This document shows, piece after piece, positions 1 to 13,107 of a stretch of DNA of 64,000 nt. The notes beneath the pieces were generated by a model that had not been told where the DNA came from, did not search any database, and worked only from the letters and a program-made list of their open reading frames with translations. Position 1 is the first letter of the stretch. Each line of letters starts with the position of its first letter. The position numbers were made by a program, and so were the translations under genes. Source of the DNA: Octopus vulgaris (lineage: Eukaryota); NCBI GenBank assembly GCA_951406725.2, contig CATOCA020000001.1:5828001-5892000 (forward strand), written 5' to 3'.

Positions 1-354
1 CACATGCATATACCTGTCTACACATACACACACGTATATATGCATACACTCACTCCCATGCATGCACGCATACACACATGTATATATATACCCACGACCA
101 CACATACATATATACACAGAAAAATATATATATTCATACGCACATACACTCATGCACACACAACACACCTAGTTCCCTATATACACATATTTACACCTAT
201 ATATACATACACCCACATACACATATGTGTACATATATATATATATATATATACATATACACGCATACATATATATACATGTGTGCACATACATACATAC
301 ACACATATACATACACATACACATACACATGTGTACCCATACATACCTACACAT

Positions 355-395
<41 letters not shown>

Positions 396-780
396 CCAAT
401 ACAGGCCCATTCCCTAATTTTAATTTTATTATCTTCATTTATTACTTTTGTTATCTTTGATCGCTAGAGCTAAGGATCCTGGCTATGGCAGCATGTCCAT
501 TTGTCTGTCTACTAGAAGGCAAGTACTCATACCCGCACGCACACTCATTAGCACGTACATTCACCCATTCGTACACTCATACACATACACGTACGCCCGC
601 GTTATATTCATACATACAAACATCTACATACGTTCACGTATATACACAAACGTACTCGTACCTACAGATTCGTGTCTACACTTTAGGAGGCTATTCTATA
701 CATATACACCAATAAATATACATATATATATATATATACACACACACATACACACACACACATATACTCCTACATACAGA

Positions 781-829
<49 letters not shown>

Positions 830-981
830 CACAAACATATATACACACATATATATATATATATATACACACATTCACACACATACATACATATACACAC
901 AAACACATACATACGTATACATACATACATACATCCATACATCCATACATACATGCATTTATACGCATACACACACCCATC

Positions 982-1014
<33 letters not shown>

Positions 1015-1291
1015 TCACACATACACATATACAAATATACGCACACACATACATACATACACGTATACACATACACGCACATACACATATACATGCGTAC
1101 CCATACACGTGCACACACGCACGCGCATCCATATATATACACACACACACATATATACACGTGTGCAAGCATACATACATACTCATACACGCACACATAC
1201 TTACATATACATATATGCACACACTTACACACATATATACATACACATATACATGCATACATACATATATGCATACATACACACACGCGCA

Positions 1292-1337
<46 letters not shown>

Positions 1338-1502
1338 CATACACATACATATACATACACATATACACATACATACACATACACATGCATACATATATAT
1401 ACACATATATACACATATACACATACATATATACACATATACATACATATACATACACACACACATACATATATACATATACACTGATACACATACCCAT
1501 AC

Positions 1503-1533
<31 letters not shown>

Positions 1534-1616
1534 TATACACATGCATATACTTATATCTCTACATACTCACATATAAACATATATATATATACACACACAT
1601 ATATATACATGTACAT

Positions 1617-1691
<75 letters not shown>

Positions 1692-1769
1692 TACATATAC
1701 ACATATACATGTATACATACGCAATAATGATACACATATATACACATACACACACACAGACAGATGCAT

Positions 1770-1826
<57 letters not shown>
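1..1826. repeat. Compound (TA)n/(CA)n/(TACA)n microsatellite and low-complexity region
   Basis: Almost entirely TA, CA and TACA iterations. The ORFs here are I/Y/H/T repeats. Confidence 0.95.
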
Positions 1827-1827
<1 letters not shown>

Positions 1828-3312
1828 TGTGGGAAGGAAATAAATATTCGTCTGTCAAAATTCTTTATTTATTTAATTTCTAATGAACATAAATGGGATA
1901 TACTAATACTATATTCACTTACACATGCATAAACTAAGAATATGCAAAAGAAACTAATAAATTATGGTAACTAAATATTTAGGGGTGAAAAAAGTATTCG
2001 TAGGAAATAAATGTATGATTTTCTATGCCACAAAATACTGTTAAAATATTTTTTTACTAGAAATTTCTTGTTTATTCCAATAATCTTATCAGTTTTCATT
2101 TTTGAGTGTCAAAACACTAGCTTCTTCATTCAGCACTGAGACAACATAAAGTAATATCGCAATAATGGCGAAAAGTAAAGAACTCACAAATTCAGAGAAA
2201 AACTTAATTATTGAACTGTAAAAAGTAGGTAAAAGTTACAGGAAAATATCAGAGACACTTTGTATTCCGCTTACTACCATATCTTCATTTATTCAAAGAT
2301 ATAAGGAATCGGGAACTGTTGAAAACAGAATAAGATCCGGAGCACCACGCAAGATTTCCCCAAGATCTTTAAGAAAAATGAAGCGAAGAATTGGAAAAAA
2401 ACGCAATAATCACCAGAAAGGAGTTTTCATAGGAATGAACTGAAGTCACGCTCTCCTAGAAAAACTCCTCTGTTGACTAAAAGGCATAGAGATGCCCGTT
2501 TAAAATTTGTTATGAACATAAAGATAAATCTGATACATTCTGGGAAAATGTTCTATGGACAGACGAGACGAAAATTGAATTGTTTGGACGAAATTCGCCT
2601 ACCCATGTTTGGAGTAAAAACACAATTCCTACCGTAAAGATTGGAGGTGTGGGGGTGTTTCTCTGCAAATGGTACTGGCAATTTACATGTGATAGATGGT
2701 AGAAGGAATGCAGAGATGTACCAAAATATTTTGAACAATAATTTATGGGACTCTATTGAAAAGCTCCAGCTTTGTGAAGGGTGGGTTTTACAATAGGGTA
2801 ACGGCCCTAAGCACACGGTGAAGTCTACCAAATATGGATTGTCAATCACAATATAAAATTATTGTAATGGCCAAGCCTGTCACCTGACTTGAACCCCATT
2901 GAAAATTTGTGGCGTTATTTGAAAACTGAAATTCAAGAACCCCAACATGCATTACAGATTTGAAGAAAATTTGTCAAGAAGAATAGGAAAAAATTCCTAA
3001 AGAAACATGCGAGTCATTGGTGAAGAACTAAAAGAAGATATTGGTTGAAGTGGAACTGAATAATGGTTATGCTACGAAGTATCATATCAGAATTATCAGT
3101 TATTTATATTCTGTACGAATACTTTTTTCACCCCTAAATATTTATAATTGTATATAAATTCCTTAGTTACTATAATTTATTAGTTTCTTTTGCATATTCT
3201 TAGTTTATGCACCTGTATGCAAATATATAATAGTGGTATATCCCATTTATGTTCATTAGAAATTAAATAAAGAAAGAATTTTGACATGCACGAATATTTA
3301 TTTCCCCCCGTG
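1827..3312 (+). mobile_element. Full-length decayed Tc1/mariner DNA transposon with ~180-200 bp IR/DR-type terminal inverted repeats, inserted in (TA)n
   Basis: Left end 1827-~2003 (..GGAAATAAATATTCGT..TCAAAATTCTTT..AATGAACATAAATGGGATATAC..GGGGTGAAAAAAGTATTCGTA) is the reverse complement of ~3113-3312. Each TIR has an outer and an inner copy of GG(G/A)AA(A/T)AA(A/G)TATTCGT. TA flanks both ends. Confidence 0.93.
2165..3085 (+). pseudogene. Tc1-family DDE transposase pseudogene
   Basis: Starts MAKSKELTNSEKNLIIEL* (TAA 2219-2221), then KSYRKISETL..RSGAPRKIS, WENVLWTDETKIELFG, VWGCFSANG, GPKHT and WPSLSPDLNPIENLW. Several stops and frameshifts. Confidence 0.92.
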
Positions 3313-3515
<203 letters not shown>

Positions 3516-3573
3516 AGAGTTTACGAAAAAAACAAAAGACGATGACAGGTGGTATTGAAGGAATAGAAAAAGT

Positions 3574-3609
3574 CTTTTACGTTTCGAGCCTTCGCTCTTC
3601 TACAGAAAG
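3574..3609 (-). ncRNA. Degenerate minimal hammerhead-ribozyme-like motif (Penelope-type remnant)
   Basis: Minus strand reads cttt CTGTAGA a gagc gaag gctc GAAA cg T A aaag. Stems I and II pair and there is one core mismatch versus CUGANGA. Confidence 0.5.
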
Positions 3610-3693
3610 GGACACGGAAAAAAAAACAAGGATAGAAACAAGGAGAGAAAAAAATGTGTGTAGCGGCTAACAATCTATCATGGCGACTGACTC

Positions 3694-3736
<43 letters not shown>

Positions 3737-4059
3737 AGTGAATTATATTTCTGGAATATATGTTGTTCACTTTGCGTACATCAGTTTTTGTGATGTATCA
3801 ATGTCATGACATATACTTATTAATATTTGTGTCCATTTATATATATATATATATGTGTGTGTGTATGTGTGTGTGTGTGTGTGTATCTCTGTCTGTGTCT
3901 GTGTGTCTGTGTCTGCATTTATATACACACAATTTCGCCCATATGTAATTGTTTAATTGTGGTGTCGCATAATATTCTCTACTGTAAATATGCACACAAT
4001 GTAATATTTGTTATAAATGAATGTTATTAATGGGATGTGTTCATGTTTTTGTTCCTCAG

Positions 4060-4202
4060 ATGTGTGTTTTGTGAAGACGAAGTGGCCACAGAGACGTTCT
4101 TTCCATGTAAACATCTTTCGCTGTGTAAGAAATGCTGTCCCCAAAAGATACCTAAACGATGCCCTACGTGTGGACAGAAGATAACGAACAAAAATAGTTT
4201 GG
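4060..4202 (+). CDS. Internal exon encoding a C3HC4 RING finger (MIB/IAP-type spacing) of a RING + Death-domain protein
   Basis: Acceptor ttcctcAG at 4059. Translation CVFCEDEVATETFFPCKHLSLCKKCCPQKIPKRCPTCGQKITNKNSL. Donor G|GTAATA at 4203, phase 1. Upstream exons were not found and are presumably outside the window. Confidence 0.88.
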
Positions 4203-5013
4203 GTAATAATACTGTATGATCTGTCTGTTTGTCTCATGGGCTTTATGGTGTGGAGTATTGTATTTCATGTTGTTGTGTAGATCCAGTTCTGACTTAATCA
4301 AGCACACTTTTGATAAAAGATGTTCCAGGTGTCTTTTCTCTGTCATATTATGTCTCTCACTACTCCCACTAAACATTGTTCTTGTCCAATTAGAAGACTT
4401 GTCACACTTCAAGATGGTTACTTTCTGCAACATAAAAATAATAAAGAATACTGAATTATAAATGGTGACTAAATACCAATAAATCACCAAGGTTCTATCA
4501 GTAAATACCGACATTTTGTGTGTGATTAGAGTGATTAATGATTTATCAATATCTTCGGAAGCTGATAATTAAAAACAACTGCATTTATATGAATATCAGA
4601 GTGAGCCTTTATAAAATAGGAGACTCAATAAGAAAATATCAACTGAGGGTTTTGGGACCAACATTAGAGAGGGGACATCAAAAGGGTGGGAAACTTTGAT
4701 TGATGTATAGATTAGTATTCCCGAGTATCAGTTCTTCTGAACCGTTTCAAATATTTTCACAGCAATAATGTGTGGATGACAAGTTTTATGTCGTTAATGA
4801 GGTTTTGTGTGAATGTAGTGTGTTAATTTAGGACACGAGATATCACTTCCTGTTAGACCTGATGTCACTTTCTGTTCGACCTGCTTTATTCAGGAGGATG
4901 AATGACATTGAAATATCTTCAGATATTTCCCCACATCTGATTACATTCTGGAGAACTGTGATGTGGGTAATTAAGATTAAAGATTACTAGTAGTAACCAA
5001 TAACAAAGAGAAC

Positions 5014-5075
<62 letters not shown>

Positions 5076-5537
5076 TGAAGTGGTGTTTGGTGATTGGGGT
5101 TGGATATTCGATGCGCAACTTGGTTGACATTTGAATTTAGCAGAAGATGAGACGAATATTGGTTAGAGATCTCTGGAGGTGAAATGACGATGTCTTGTCA
5201 AAGATCTGGAACAAACATAAGAAAACCAAAACGAAACTAAGAGAGAATCTGTTGTTATTAGGTGATAATTAAATTAGATAATTTCAGAATTGTTAGAATT
5301 GCTGGATGCCTTAAGAGACAGAGAAGGGTTGTTAAGTGTAGTTTATGCTGTTGTGGACCTAAATTTTGAATAATTACATTGTAATACTGTAGAAATTATA
5401 CAAATGCTCTCCAAAATCATGATGGTCACCAGTTGACCAATGATGATAGGATTGTCTAACAATAATAAAACATCGATTATTAATAATGATAAAGACTTTT
5501 TTCTACAGTGTTTAAAACATGAAATTGTTTATTTCAG

Positions 5538-5588
5538 AGGGTCCAAAGTCGTCAAAGCCGGAAGTCCAGATGTTGGCAGAACCACCTG
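5538..5588 (+). CDS. 51-nt phase 1-1 microexon (linker EGPKSSKPEVQMLAEPP) of the RING-Death gene
   Basis: Acceptor tgtttatttcAG and donor G|GTGAGT. In frame with the RING exon, no stops. Confidence 0.75.
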
Positions 5589-5694
5589 GTGAGTAGAAAA
5601 TAACTGTACCTAATTATGTAAGACCATAAGAAGCATAGGGTTGGTTTCCCGGTTCCCCCGAGGTATATATTCCTCCATGAACAGGACGCTAGTC

Positions 5695-6070
5695 ATCATC
5701 ATTCATCATCATCATTATTTAGCGTCCGCTTTCCATGCTAGCATGGGTTGGACGGTTCAACTGGGGTCTGGGAATCCAGAAGGCTGCACCAGGCCCGGTC
5801 TGATCTGGCAAAGCTTCTACGACTGGATGCCCTTCCTAACGCCAACCACTCCGTGAATGTAGTGGGTGCTTTTTACGTGCCACCGGCACAGGTACCAGAC
5901 GAGGCTGGCAAACGGTCACGATTGGAAGGTGCTTTTTACGTGCCATCGGCACAGAGGCCAGTCGGGCGGCACTGGTAACGGCCACGTTCGGATGGTTCTT
6001 TTACGTACCACCGGCACTGGTATCACAGCTACAATTTCCATTGATGTTGATCGATTTTGATTTTGATTTA
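5695..6070 (-). mobile_element. Non-autonomous retroposon (RTE-associated SINE-like) with (ATG)n tail and internal tandem repeats
   Basis: CATCATCAT..TTTAGCGTCCGCTTTCCATGCTAGCATGGGTTGGACG..GGATGCCCTTCCTAACGCCAACC, then three diverged GTGCTTTTTACGTGCCACCGGCAC units. Confidence 0.6.
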
Positions 6071-6259
6071 GTCCGCTGTAAAATTACATATTTTCGCCAG
6101 CTGAGTGGACTGAAGTGTTGGACATATTTTAATCATGTGATTTTGACTCAGAGGATTTAGTAACGAGGATTTATGTGGACTGGGCCTTCCTGATGTGCCT
6201 AACTTCCCCAGTGAATGATTTCCTTCAAACCGCTGAAAATGTGTTTGATACTCTGCATC

Positions 6260-7320
6260 AACCCCATTTCATAGCAAAGGCTCAAACTAGTCTCCTTTTT
6301 CATCAGAAAGATGATCTGACATCAAATCAATCAACAGTATTGTCAGACTTGGCAGAAAATTATAGTTTTGTAGAAAAGGATTCGGATCAAGGGTTTCATT
6401 GGAACAACTCCCAGGCCAATATATTCATCCATTCGCGATCTACTATAAGACTGGTTCAAACCCTCAATGCACTTCAATCTGTGTCATATCTGATTGTTTG
6501 AAACATGACAATACCAGAGTGCATGCTTTTATTACGAGGGTGATATCGCATATAAAGACAGAACTTCCATTCATAAACATCTCCTGTACTTCAGTGACGG
6601 TGCAGCCGACCAATACAAGAACTAGAGACACCAAACAAATCTCTGTCATCATCAGAATGATCAAGGACTTGAAGCGGAGTCGTATTTCTTTGCCATGTCA
6701 TGTGGAAAAAGTACATATGAGGGAATCAGTAGGATGACGAAATGTGTTGCTGAAAAAGCAAGTCTACAAGCAACCAGGAAAGACATTTTCTCACAGGTTG
6801 CAAGATGTATGGCTGAGCATGTGCAAGCATTCCAGAGATAATGTTCTTTGACATGTCGGCAGCCGATGTCATCCAAAATGAAAACAGCTTCGACTTGCTT
6901 TCACGAATCAGCAGCTCAGTGAAATTAGTTGGCACACGATCCCATCACCGCTTCGTCCCTTCTTCAAGATCTGATCGTCTAACGAAGAAGATATCAGCTG
7001 ATGACAATTTCACTCTTTTAGGTGAGGAGAGACCAGCATCTGAGCAAGATATTTCAAAGTTAAAGTCCTGAAAATATGTTGGATACACGAATGAAAATGA
7101 TTGGTACATTGGTTGTATCATTGAACTCTCAGATGAAAACCAAGATTTATTAATTTCATGCACCAATCAAACGCATGACTTCGGTCATGGCGTTCCTCGA
7201 TCTGTAGCAATGCTTGTCGGGTGCCCTAACCAAACATTATCTGATTGGTTTGAGCACCTGATACAGAGAGCCAGGTTTTATAAGCTGGCCCCTGAGGATC
7301 TGCTCTCATCCAGAAGAGGT
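6260..7320 (+). pseudogene. Decayed DDE transposase relic resembling Sola2-type elements
   Basis: Across frames: HFIAKAQ, DLAENYSF..QGFHWNNSQA.IHPF, CVISDCLKHD, FSDGAADQYKN, FFAMSCGKS, GTRSHHRFVP. This matches the DF(A/S)ENY..HW..SDG..QYKN..HGK motif order. The superfamily name is from memory and unverified. Confidence 0.65.
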
Positions 7321-7574
7321 TGTCATCGTTTATATATAGTTATTTTTACAATCAAAAATACAAAACGTATAATAATGATCTAATTAGATAATTGTCTGTT
7401 AATATGTAATCAATGAATTGTAAATCAATAACATCTCAAATAATACCATAAGCATTTCAGTATGAAAATAATATGATTTAAAATATAAATTTTTATATGT
7501 AAAATAAGATCCTTTTTACCAAATAGGCGGCTTATATCTGCCCTTTTATTGATCTTGTGTGATCATTTTCAGGG

Positions 7575-7945
7575 GAGGAAATGAGTCGAGTATATCGACC
7601 CCAGTACAAAACTGGTACTTATTTTATTTACCCTGAAAAAATAAAAGGCAAAGACAACCTCGGTGGAATTTTAAACTCAGAACGTGAAGACGGACGAAAC
7701 GCCACTCGGCATTTTGTTCGGCGCGCCACCGATTCTGCTAGTTCGCCGCTTTAATATTATTAAATAATAGATAAGGTGACCCCTGGCAGAATCGTTAATG
7801 CACTTAACTGCATTTCGTCCGTCTTTAGGTTCTAATTTCAAATTCTGCCGAGGTTGACTTCGCCTTTTCACCCCTTCAGGGTCAAAAGGAAAATACCAGT
7901 TGTGTACTGGGGTCGATGTAATCAATGTACTCCCTCCCTGAGCTT
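7575..7945. mobile_element. Two diverged SINE copies in inverted (head-to-head) orientation
   Basis: 7575-7750 (ATCGACCCCAGTAC..CTGGTACT..AAAGGCAAAG..CCTCGG..GAATT) is mirrored by 7785-7945 (GCCGAGGTTGACTTCGCCTTT..TACCAGT..TACTGGGGTCGAT). Same family as the repeats at 33-37 kb. Confidence 0.7.
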
Positions 7946-8450
7946 GCTGGTCCTGTCACTTTTATTGACCTTGTGTGATAAAAGTTCTGTCAGAGAACTG
8001 TGCAATTTTGTTAAAAAACACATATTGGAAAAATAAAATTAACTATGAAGAAGACAAGAAGAGACTTTGAGATTTTGAACAAATAAAGCGTAGATGTATA
8101 CAATCTTGGAGAATGAGTTTCGATCCATTGTTGAATAGGACACATGGTGAAGTGGCGAGTTGAAAATTGTCAAAAACGCGATTTTTACACGCGGAACGAG
8201 TTTCAGAGGCCTCTAAATATAATATCGTATATTGTGAATATTCTTATCATAGGTAGATCATTTCTCAAACTGTAGAACCTCAACAGAACTTAGCACATTC
8301 AAGTAACATTCTACACCTTATTACTCTCTGTAGTTTTACAATTTTCCTTGGTTACATGACCACATCCATACGAACCGTGATTATGGTCCCTATGTTTCAG
8401 TATGTTCGTGATGGTATTGTGTTTTTGCTTCATTTCATAGGAAACACTAT

Positions 8451-8654
8451 ACTCTTTTACTCTTTTACTTATTTCAGTCATTTGACTGCGGCCATGCTGG
8501 AGCACCGCCTTTAATCGAGCAACTCGACCCCGGGACTTATTCTTTAGTAAGCCCAGTACTTATTCTATCGGTCTCCTTTGCCGAACCCCTAAGTAACGGG
8601 GACATAAACACACCAGCATCGGTTGTCAAACACAGACACACAAACACACACACG

Positions 8655-8745
<91 letters not shown>

Positions 8746-8916
8746 ATATATACAACGGGCTTCTTTCAGTTTCCGTCTACCAAATCCAGTCACAAGGCTT
8801 TGGTCGGCCCGAGGCTACAGCAGAAAACACATGCCCAAGGTGCCACACAGTGGGACTGAACCCGGAACCATGTGGCTGGTAAAGAAGCTACTTTACCACA
8901 CAGCCACTCCTGCGCC
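8451..8916 (-). mobile_element. tRNA-derived CORE-like SINE (dominant family), full length with internal (TA)n
   Basis: Reverse complement of GGCGCAGGAGTGGCTGTGTGGTAA..GGTTCAGTCCCACTG..CTTGGGCA..GGCGGTGCTCCAGCATGGCCGCAG..(GAGTAAAA)n. Confidence 0.9.
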
Positions 8917-9169
8917 TATGCTGTGGAACATTTCTGTATACGTATTTGACACTAATTAGATGTATTTTATAAAGCATTTTAGAAACATTTTCAGTGATGG
9001 TGGAATGGGGTGTGACAAGGCTTTCATATTCCTTGTGATGTTGTTAACTACGACATCAGGAAGACGGTTTCTGTCAGGTAAATATTTCTACAGAGGTGTC
9101 CATTTCGTCCCCTCAGATTTGATTGAACTGAATTTTCAACCCATTCAGAGAAACCGCATTGATTAAGGG

Positions 9170-10030
9170 ACATCAACTAAGTGGCCAATTGAAGCCAATT
9201 TCAATCTTGAATGGCAAGATTTACATGGGTGTATTTGCTATGAAATCAGCTACATGTCAGCAAAATAATGGTTATATGACAGAAAATATCCAGAAGACTA
9301 GAATCCGGAGAATGTCTGTGTGTGTAGAACATGTATTTTAAATCTGGGATACCATATAAAAAGCAAAGAAGAATAAAAGAGATTCGGATATAGTATGGCT
9401 TCATCTGGCTAATGCTTATGGTTCTGTACCACACACATTGTTGATGGAAACAAGGAATTTCTTTCATAAATGGGAGGAGATTAAGGATCTGATGATGAGA
9501 TGCTATATCAGTTTCAAAATGTGTTTCATAGGATAGAATTTCACAAAAGACTGCCAGGTTCGGGTTCTGGAATAGCTGTAGGTTGCACAATATCAGTTGG
9601 TTGGTGATCTTTATAGTTATGCTAATTAGATTAACAGAATGTCCAGAAGAAATTGCTCAACGGAAAGATATTCATGGCTGACATAACAATACAAACAAGA
9701 GACTAAAAGGATATGCAAATAGTTCTGGTTAGTAGACTCCATAGAGTTAGTACTTAGTCAAGAATGTGGTTTCAAGCAAATAAGTAATGCAGTCTATAAT
9801 TTGTGAATGGTCAGCTGGAGCAAAGGAAGTTACGAACGGCAGGAGAACTCATGCCAAAAGTTAAAGACAAACCAAAAGTTAAAGATGGTGGTACGCTATC
9901 TTGTTGACTGATACATGCTGGGGTAGTGAGACCATGGCAAAGCTGAAGATGGACAGAAAACAACTGATAATTCAAAACTACTAAAGAAAATGCACAATTT
10001 CATGTTTCCAGTTGGATTTTGTTTATATAT
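9170..10030 (+). pseudogene. Decayed non-LTR retrotransposon RT fragment (HERO/NeSL-like), copy 1
   Basis: LKPISILNGKIYMG, QK..CVEH, VWLHLANAYGSVPH, GIAVGCTISV, IFMAD. Many stops and frameshifts. Confidence 0.7.
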
Positions 10031-10784
10031 TCTTCAGAATAAATTGTCAGTTCTCAATTTGGATATAATTCCTTTGTAATAATGTGTACGTGAACAGTTA
10101 TTTTGTAGTTAAGGATGTTTTGTACAAAAGTACAGTGTTTCAGGATACCTGTTATCGCTTACCTCTCCACCGTTGTAGAACTAATCATTGTTCACCTGAA
10201 AAAAGTCGCTTATTAAGGAGGAGGATTGACATTTCCTTAATCAGAATATATTCTGATGAAGTGTGATGTGGTCAGTTAAAGTTAAAGATTGCCAACAGTG
10301 ACCTTTAAAAAAGAGAGCGGGATTATGTTAATCCTACCTGAAACGATGTGTCATGGTTTTGTGGTCCGATTTTTGAGGACCAATTTGGTTGTCATGGAAT
10401 TAAGTAGAAAACGAGAAGAATGTTGATTAGTGAAGTCTAGAGATGAGAGGACAATCATGTCATAGATTAGATTAAATATAAGAAGGAGATTAGCAGTGTT
10501 AACAAGGGATTATTAAATGAGATAAGTGCAATGTTGTTAGATTATGTAGGATGTCTTAATAGTGAGAGGAGATTGAGGAAGGTCAGTCTATTTTGTAGTA
10601 GACCTATATATTGGGTATATTACACGGTCCCATGGTAGAGAGTATAAAAATGCTGACCAAAGCCATATTACTCACCAGTTGACCATTGATTACATGAATG
10701 TCTCACAATAATAAAATACAGAATTATTCATAAAGATAAAGAAGTTTTACTATGAAGTATAAAACCTGGAAATGTTTATTTCAG

Positions 10785-10835
10785 TGCGTCCAAAGGTTGA
10801 AGACAAGGCATCCCAGACAGAGGCTCAGCCACTTG
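10785..10835 (+). CDS. 51-nt phase 1-1 microexon (linker VRPKVEDKASQTEAQPL) of the RING-Death gene
   Basis: Acceptor tgtttatttcAG and donor G|GTGAGT. Paralogous to 5538-5588, including the flanking intron. Confidence 0.75.
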
Positions 10836-11829
10836 GTGAGTATAAAATAACTATATCTAATTGACTTCTTCAAATTTTACCTCCACCTGAACTACATAAT
10901 TTGTGTGAAAGACTGAGAAGCGGTTCTATTGATCTATTTCATTCGAATGTTTAGCTACAAAGTAATTCTGTTCTACTACAAATGCAGGAATATCCAATAA
11001 ATGGATTTTACAGAAATAGGGAAACATGAGACACAGGAAAAAGATCTCACACGATAAGGAAAAATACAAAAGATAAAATATAAAACCTGAAGCGGTTCGC
11101 TCCCCTTAAGGGGAATATTCACTCTTTCTATCATTTCGTTGCCATATTGTCATTTCTCTCTCTCTCTCTCTCTCTCTCTTACTATGGATGCATCTACAAG
11201 CCCATTGATATTACTGATTTGAAATTTAATAAAATGTCCAGCAGTGTTGGCGCTGTTGGTAAAATGGCTAAATTAGAAAACACAACAGACTTCATATTGT
11301 CTTTGGAATAAAGGAAAGCAATTTGTCGTTTAAAGGCAAAAACAGATGAGATAATGAGAGAGCTTGTTTGTTGTACATTTTAATAAGTTTCCTAATTGTT
11401 GTTGTTGTTGTCGGTCATTTTTAACAAGGTGACTAAGTTGAAAATTGTTACAAGTGTGAACACCCTCTCTTTTTTTCACTGATAGTAAATCTATCATTAC
11501 ATCCCCTAAACGTTGTGTTTATCCCAGTAGGAGACTTTGGTCTGCTGCTGAGACAATTGCTCTCTTTCTCTCTCCTCAATATTGGGTGCAAGATACAATG
11601 CAATCGATTATAGTGTCTTCATCATCGAATTGGCTGGGTGGTCACTATCCATGTCCTTATTCAGAATTACTGTCCACCTCGATTGCTTGAGAAACACATC
11701 TCCCTTAAACATTCCACCTTTCCTATGGTAGTATGCCTTTCTTAACACCAACCACTTTATAAAGGGTCCTGAGTACATTTTAATGTGGCAAAAGCACTAG
11801 AAAAAGAATTTCGTGTGTCCAACATTGAA

Positions 11830-12310
11830 ACTAGAATAGCTGTAGATTGCACAATATCCGTTACTTGGTTTGTGCTTGTTATGGGGATGCTGTTATGGGG
11901 ATCGGCAGATTTATCAGAAGAAATTATTCAAGGGAAATCACTTAAGAAGGCATTTATGGATGACATAAAAATAAGAAGAAGAGATCAAATGTTTATACAA
12001 TTAGTTCTGGATAGACTGGATGGACTAATTACTTGGTCAAGAATGCTGTCTAAAGCAACTACTTGATGCGGTCTGACATATGTCAAAGGTCAACAGAAAC
12101 AGGTAAAGTTCAAAATAGTAGGAGAAACTATGCCAAAAGTTTAAAAAATAATTGAGGACGATGCTACAATCCCACATTGTCTAATAAGAGTAGAGGCATT
12201 GAAGTCATTGCAGAAACCGAGGATGGGCGATAAGCATTTGCCAAGTCAAAACTTCTGGGCAAAAACAAGATTTGGTGCTTGAAGTTTGATCTATATCACC
12301 ATCTTGTTTA
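11830..12310 (+). pseudogene. Decayed HERO/NeSL-like RT fragment, copy 2
   Basis: IAVDCTISVTWFVLVM..KAFMDDIKI..LDRLDGLITWSRM. Colinear with 9570-10030. Confidence 0.72.
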
Positions 12311-13035
12311 TATATTCTTGAATATCACTTCTTTTGTACCTTTTCAAATATTTTTCTTTTGCAATAATCTGTGTATAAACATTTACATGTTGTTAAAGAT
12401 GTTTTGTGCAAGTATACAGTGTTTTAGGACACTTGTTATCACTTTCTGTTTCACCTCTGTAAAACTAATCATTGCTCACCTGGAATGAAAGCGGTTTCAT
12501 TAAGGAGTCTCAAAATATTTTATGAATCAGATGAAATTCTGGTGAACTGTGAGTTGCATAGATAAAATTAAAGGTCAAAACAAAGAAAACAGGTGTGTGT
12601 TGATCCTGCTTCAAGTGGTATGACATGAGTTTGTGTCAAGAGCATTTATAACCAACATGGTTAACACTGGATTAGTGAAGTCTACTGATGAGGGAACAAT
12701 GCTATCTCATAGGTTTAGCCCAGCTATAAAAAAGAAAAGAAATAAAAGGTGTTAACATGTGATAATTAAATGAGATGAATGCAACATTGATAGATCAAGA
12801 AGGTTGTCTTAATAGAAAAAGGAGGTTTAGGAAGATCAGTCTATTTTGTTATGGACCTAAATATTGAGCCATTTTATAAGACCACTGTAGAAAGTATAAA
12901 ACTGTCGACGAAACCTATAGTGGTCAGCAGTTGGCCATTGATGATAGGAATGTCTTACAATAATAAGATATAAACCATTAACAGAGATAGGGAAATTATA
13001 CTATGAAGTGTAACATGTGGAAACATTTATTTCAG

Positions 13036-13107
13036 ATATACTAACGCTAGAGGTGAAGCATCTACATCGGGTGTCCAAAAAGTTGGCCGGTAAATGGCAG
13101 CAACTTG
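13036..13107 (+). CDS. 72-nt phase 1-1 exon encoding the N-terminal part of a Death domain
   Basis: Acceptor tttatttcAG, translation DILTLEVKHLHRVSKKLAGKWQQL(G), donor G|GTGAGT. The L..V...L...W..LG pattern is typical of Death-domain helices 1-2. Confidence 0.85.

Noticed and set aside
4-1932. Long ORFs (up to 494 aa) rich in I/Y/H/T, and similar ORFs throughout the window
   Set aside because: Translations of (TA)n/(CA)n microsatellites, which lack stop codons by composition.
4600-4960. Possible very old Penelope endonuclease remnant on the minus strand
   Set aside because: Only a vague similarity with no convincing motif.
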